Assembly: GCA_043823065.1 (NCBI GenBank) | Contig: JBDRBB010000006.1 | Coordinates: 32,001-96,000 of the forward strand | Direction of reading: 5' to 3' | DNA length: 64,000 nt | Source of the DNA: Pseudomonadota bacterium | Lineage (GTDB): Bacteria > UBA10199 > 2-02-FULL-44-16 > DYJF01 | In this document: piece by piece, positions 61,001 through 64,000 of the stretch | Position numbering within the stretch: the first letter of the stretch is position 1 | How the letters are laid out: every line of letters starts with the position of its first letter | Translations under genes and position numbers: made by a program | The notes under the pieces: generated by a model | Seen by the model: the letters and a program-made list of their open reading frames with translations, nothing else | Told to the model about the DNA's origin: nothing | Database searches by the model: none

Positions 61001-61741
61001 GAGTATAAACATCCTTGTGATGCAGTGGGTGTAAAACAAAATTTAATAGATCTAAACACCGGGCACTATAGTCTTGATGGCGCCCTCACTCTGGAAGAAA
61101 TTGGGTTTAGATTTTTTGGCCCAACCATTTATCATCAGCCTTACAATATAATTCGCCGCGGAACTAGACCCTTAGATGCAATTTTCCATGTAGGATTTAC
61201 TACAGAGACTTTAAAACCTTTATCTCCAGAAGATGAAGCTACCGGAGCTTATAATGTTCTGCCAGATGAAAGAATAGATTTTGCCAATCAAGGATACATG
61301 ATCAATTTAACTGATCCCAGGCCTATGCCACCAGCGCTCTGCCCAGGCAGCACTCAGAACAGGGAAATCGCTGGCAAGACTTATAGCACCTGGAAATATC
61401 TAGCGCCATTTCTGTCTCAAGACCCTGAGGGAAAAATTCCTGCTGGTTGCCCAGAACCTGATAACGATTTTGAAGAAAAAAATACTATGGCCTACTTACA
61501 TGGCCGCAGAGTTAATCATGAAACAGGAAATGCCAGTTTTGTAGCTGCTGCCAACTTTGGACCTGATGAAGAACTTACCTTTGCTTTCAAAGATCACATG
61601 ATCTTTATTGTTTTGAATGGTTGGCTTTGTGACCCAAAAGCAGTTGATGATCCTTTGCAAGGGCAAAACTGCTTTAATGCACAGTTTAACGAACGCGATG
61701 CAAGAAGCCAGGTTTCCATTATGGATGAGGAGATTGAATAA
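58001..61741 (+). CDS. Large acidic lipoprotein (~1246 aa) with Ig-like (ASH/choice-of-anchor-D-like) segments
   Basis: Lipobox SFNAC; IQN....I.I...PF...LSP......ITFRP and IQNHGALDLTV segments; many Cys. Confidence 0.8.
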   Translation: MNIKLIKYIFILLLVILSFNACSGEDYTPVYFPPQQDLPEQDQVINEGVGVDCSISFTSQLCIKIAGAVEAGLDPEDPLCAEIDPFPIHISGTEVSMIGSEFPDTTVNIEGLPEITLNGKGNTTGDSNIGQGEIDSSGNITIEGFKFYIEALGFVGEVPDITLTTASSPELPDLPAEQGSPPDVSGAMTLVGGTIVGHLFDGAEALEGASLQVRFHGAISPTLDECSQDSGPASIEIKKIFVDQEGKRSEIPLPEGKRLEISSGTFIAQDKYDIGPHFETTAKFSIQNISSKSIAIQVPSKVGPFIITSYDNLATNLSPQQIINITITFRPNYSEQDDLEPGEVIYPLIIGTESFKLIGVALDKDGLATISRITEDGELSAPDIDELELGNLELPANSEKAYFKCETIECGEASSWANCTPCAEDNYSGCELLPITTTGKPYGEVNESCELIEKDATPQMAIDLRTSSEVRANKEIIVIQNHGALDLTVQQVTLSEAPNSQSINQFSIQQNAFYLAENFADVVDTDPVSFPITLPPYQPGFQELSLFIVVTYSPTDLIGYDGVRAGIGSAALDKAFLKVTTSSQDLKIEVKGKTAIKEIPALELYFKTSTGPKQIANGETFSFKDVTAETIDNAVPLFLKLSDTESRGMRVVSIRIEGEDAQFFEWLDTAEKINAISPPTGQGKRCSIPIIDPTTGNMTREIFDLNPVSLGSRGFDLQPGVHTLETMPLFGCVNYHANPIDKTFFEADLVVTAQKLDVTGNPERNPDGTYLESELKVKLAAAVNPITGQVVLRITQTSATILNPQMPGISAIAAQEENLARGFENEDVVFFASLILDPFDEETIYDSTGQKIISTPNDNVTAVLKAIHGHPVNQTYNDPLLFDYVTLIHDNTLEEGMRGIFDGYPEDSLPENLRIGGWRIFTSTFSYPGPVPPEGVPVPQKVSDCEVINPCSEEGFRKFTDDGVGPDHKGACAFFYASGGRYDSPAFHPQGTPLLNDAEGEYKHPCDAVGVKQNLIDLNTGHYSLDGALTLEEIGFRFFGPTIYHQPYNIIRRGTRPLDAIFHVGFTTETLKPLSPEDEATGAYNVLPDERIDFANQGYMINLTDPRPMPPALCPGSTQNREIAGKTYSTWKYLAPFLSQDPEGKIPAGCPEPDNDFEEKNTMAYLHGRRVNHETGNASFVAAANFGPDEELTFAFKDHMIFIVLNGWLCDPKAVDDPLQGQNCFNAQFNERDARSQVSIMDEEIE

Positions 61742-63268
61742 ATGGGAAATTGGGGATTTAATATTGATGGCGGCTTAAATCTTAGGGTCCCCACTTCTTT
61801 AACACCAAGTGGTGTTGGCTACCACTTTGATCTAGGTGCAATTTATAATTCTACTCGGGAAAACACCTATGATCTTACCTTAGAAATTGATGGCGGCAGC
61901 CAAGAAAGAGATATTGCCAGCTGGGATTATGCCCAAGAAATCAGCACTTGGAACGTAAGCCTTGGTTTAGGCAGACAAGAGAGGCTTGGCAGTCGTAGTC
62001 CAAGCTGGGGACATGGCTATTTAATTCAAAGAAACTCTATTGGTTTAGGTGGCTTAAGACACGGCCTAGATGGCCAAGAAGATCAAGGCCTGTATTTTCG
62101 CGCCCAATCCACCACAGGCATAGGCTGGAATTTTCATCTCTCTCAAAGTGTAGGTTTAGCCATTGAAGGCGGGCTGCAAATTGGCACCAATGCTGGAGCT
62201 GAAGGAGAAGCTTTAAGCGGAATTGAAGTAGCAATTTTGCTTTCAGCCAGACTTGTTTTTGGTCAAAGCATGAGTGAAGCAGGACAGGCTGATGGATTTG
62301 AAAATACTTATCATCTTTTAAGTCGTTTACTAGCTATTGCCAGCTCTATTGGCATGGAATTGGCGGTCAATAGACATGCGCAAAGATTTAGCGATTTAGG
62401 CATTGAAGTTGGAGGAGAAGCAGGACCATCCAGCACAGATGACATTCCTTTCTTGCTCCTAGCCACAAGTGCTTTAGGCAGCAGTGGCCGAGGCAGTAAT
62501 TATAGATTTTTTCGCAATTCCCAAGGATGGTGGCGCGTAGTTGATCCTTTAATTGATGTCTTGCAGGGCGGCATTATGTTTGCAGTTGGTGAAAGCAATG
62601 GCAGCCGGGCTTCAGCCACTGCTAGTTTTTTAAGCGCCTTACGCATGGGAGTTAGTTTACTTTTTAGAGATAATGAACGCGGTTCAACCTTACTTTGTCA
62701 TATCATCTATATGCTAACCGCAGGAGTAGCTGCTGCTCTGGCTGAAGACAATGATGCTGGTGAAATTGTGCGTGATGGCGCAGCTTCTGCAACCACGGCT
62801 ATCACTTTATCTACCCCCCACGATGGTGAAACCACTGATATCAATTATGCTGCGGTTTATGAAGGTGGTGGCGATCAAGATGGCAGTTGGCTTGGCCAGG
62901 CTACCATAACTTATAGATATGAAGATTGGTCCTGGTTAATCACTCAGCTATATCTACGCTCTCCTTGGTTTGTACCTGGCGGAAATCATAGCACACCTTC
63001 TTCCATAGGCACTGGCCTTGGTTTTGATTATTCTGGTAGATTATTTCAAGTCAACATTTTAGCAGAAGTAGGAACTGCTTATAGCGGCCTAGGTGGAGCA
63101 GCAGGTAGAATTGGCGCTAATGCTCAGGTTGGCATGCGCATTCCCATTGGCAGTCGTTTTATCTTAAATTTAGGGCTAACAGGAAGTGCTTATACCCTAG
63201 TCCCAAATTCTGGATTCAGATATGGCATAGGTTTTTATTTAGGTGGCGGACTTAGACCACGTCCTTAA
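61742..63268 (+). CDS. Gly-rich hypothetical membrane protein with beta-barrel-like termini
   Basis: Alternating amphipathic beta strands at both ends; central hydrophobic helices. Confidence 0.6.
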   Translation: MGNWGFNIDGGLNLRVPTSLTPSGVGYHFDLGAIYNSTRENTYDLTLEIDGGSQERDIASWDYAQEISTWNVSLGLGRQERLGSRSPSWGHGYLIQRNSIGLGGLRHGLDGQEDQGLYFRAQSTTGIGWNFHLSQSVGLAIEGGLQIGTNAGAEGEALSGIEVAILLSARLVFGQSMSEAGQADGFENTYHLLSRLLAIASSIGMELAVNRHAQRFSDLGIEVGGEAGPSSTDDIPFLLLATSALGSSGRGSNYRFFRNSQGWWRVVDPLIDVLQGGIMFAVGESNGSRASATASFLSALRMGVSLLFRDNERGSTLLCHIIYMLTAGVAAALAEDNDAGEIVRDGAASATTAITLSTPHDGETTDINYAAVYEGGGDQDGSWLGQATITYRYEDWSWLITQLYLRSPWFVPGGNHSTPSSIGTGLGFDYSGRLFQVNILAEVGTAYSGLGGAAGRIGANAQVGMRIPIGSRFILNLGLTGSAYTLVPNSGFRYGIGFYLGGGLRPRP

Positions 63269-63801
63269 GAATATAATTTATGTGCTTCCAAATAGTTTTT
63301 AACTTCTTGGGCAACTAATTCATCAACAGGCTCGTTCTTAGCTATTTTTCCCCGAATCTCAGTTGAACTAACATCTGGAATCATGGAACCTTTGCCGCGC
63401 GGAATGGAAATAATCGGAACCAATTTTTTGATCTCTTCAAATTCATGCCAGTCTTTAGTTTCTTGGTGAATATCTCCGCCAGTTACTAAAGAAAACGTGT
63501 AATCAGGAAATTTTTGCTGCAAGTGACGAATGGTACGAATGGTATGCGATGTTCCGCCCAGTTCCTGTTCAATAGTGGAGACCATTAATTTTTCCCCAAA
63601 TTTGGCAAAAGCTATCTGGCACATTTGATAACGGTCTGGAAAAGGGGCCAGCTCTTTGCCAAATGGATGTTCAAAGCAAGGCACAATCCAAACCTGATCA
63701 ATTTGCTCATTTTGCAACAGCCATTCACAAATAACTAGGTGACCAATATGCGGTGGATTAAAAGATCCGCCAAAGAGGGCAATCTTTGTTTTAGCACTCA
63801 T
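63265..63801 (-). CDS. nadD: Nicotinate-nucleotide adenylyltransferase
   Basis: FGGSFNPPHIGH, S.TI.T, G.D, W, VSSTEIR; the track's N-terminal extension is a translated palindrome. Confidence 0.92.
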   Translation of the reverse strand: MSAKTKIALFGGSFNPPHIGHLVICEWLLQNEQIDQVWIVPCFEHPFGKELAPFPDRYQMCQIAFAKFGEKLMVSTIEQELGGTSHTIRTIRHLQQKFPDYTFSLVTGGDIHQETKDWHEFEEIKKLVPIISIPRGKGSMIPDVSSTEIRGKIAKNEPVDELVAQEVKNYLEAHKLYS

Positions 63802-63809
63802 AATACTGC

Positions 63810-63887
63810 TGTCATTGCGAGGAGCTTTAAGCGACGAAGCAATCCCAAGGGTATCCTCTGGATTGCTTCGCTTCGCTCGCAATGACA
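63810..63887. repeat. Paired REP-like palindromes (GTCATTGCGAG...GCAATC family)
   Basis: TGTCATTGCGAGGAG..CGACGAAGCAATC...GATTGCTTCG..CGCTCGCAATGACA. Confidence 0.8.
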
Positions 63888-64000
63888 CCCCTACATTCTG
63901 CTTGCAGACTTATAAACAACAATTTATAAGAAATTCATATGAAATTCAATCATGTAGTTGTTGTTTACAAAGGTATTACCAAATTACGCAGCGCTACAGA

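Noticed and set aside
63802..63888. NadD N-terminal extension MSLRAKRSNP...
   Set aside because: Translation of an upstream palindrome; ATG 63801 gives a normal NadD start
63939..64000. Partial plus-strand ORF MKFNHVVVVYKG
   Set aside because: Truncated by the window edge; too short to assign

Overview
AT-rich bacterial chromosomal window. Gene content and order (rpmF-acpP-rpiB-glyA-nrdR-rib-nusB, thrombospondin-3 proteins with Cys-containing C-terminal sorting tails) suggest a Deltaproteobacteria/Myxococcota-like organism; this is inference. It is mostly housekeeping: bamB-yfgM-der, gmk, tRNA-Met, a peptidoglycan/peptide ABC cluster, comEC, gltB, nucleoside salvage, the rpsP-rimM-trmD-rplS operon, split metH and nadD, plus a block of large unknown surface proteins at 52-63 kb. 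Main observations: (1) a ~120-nt structured repeat in three copies with fully covarying outer stems and a conserved core; (2) a 21-bp exact direct repeat, formed by one arm of that repeat and the nagZ 3' end, bracketing a Fic-HTH gene like a cassette; (3) several REP-like and heptamer palindrome families, some translated in-frame inside nagZ, comEC and metH; (4) a shared 27-bp GCAACTTTTT-N11-CGAWAA motif upstream of three surface-protein genes; (5) a conserved superoperon lacking its fab, plsX, ribD, ribB and ribH genes, with a riboflavin synthase carrying altered substrate-binding residues, alongside strong nucleoside salvage. No rRNA, CRISPR array, integrase or transposase was seen. All family calls come from motif recognition, not database searches.
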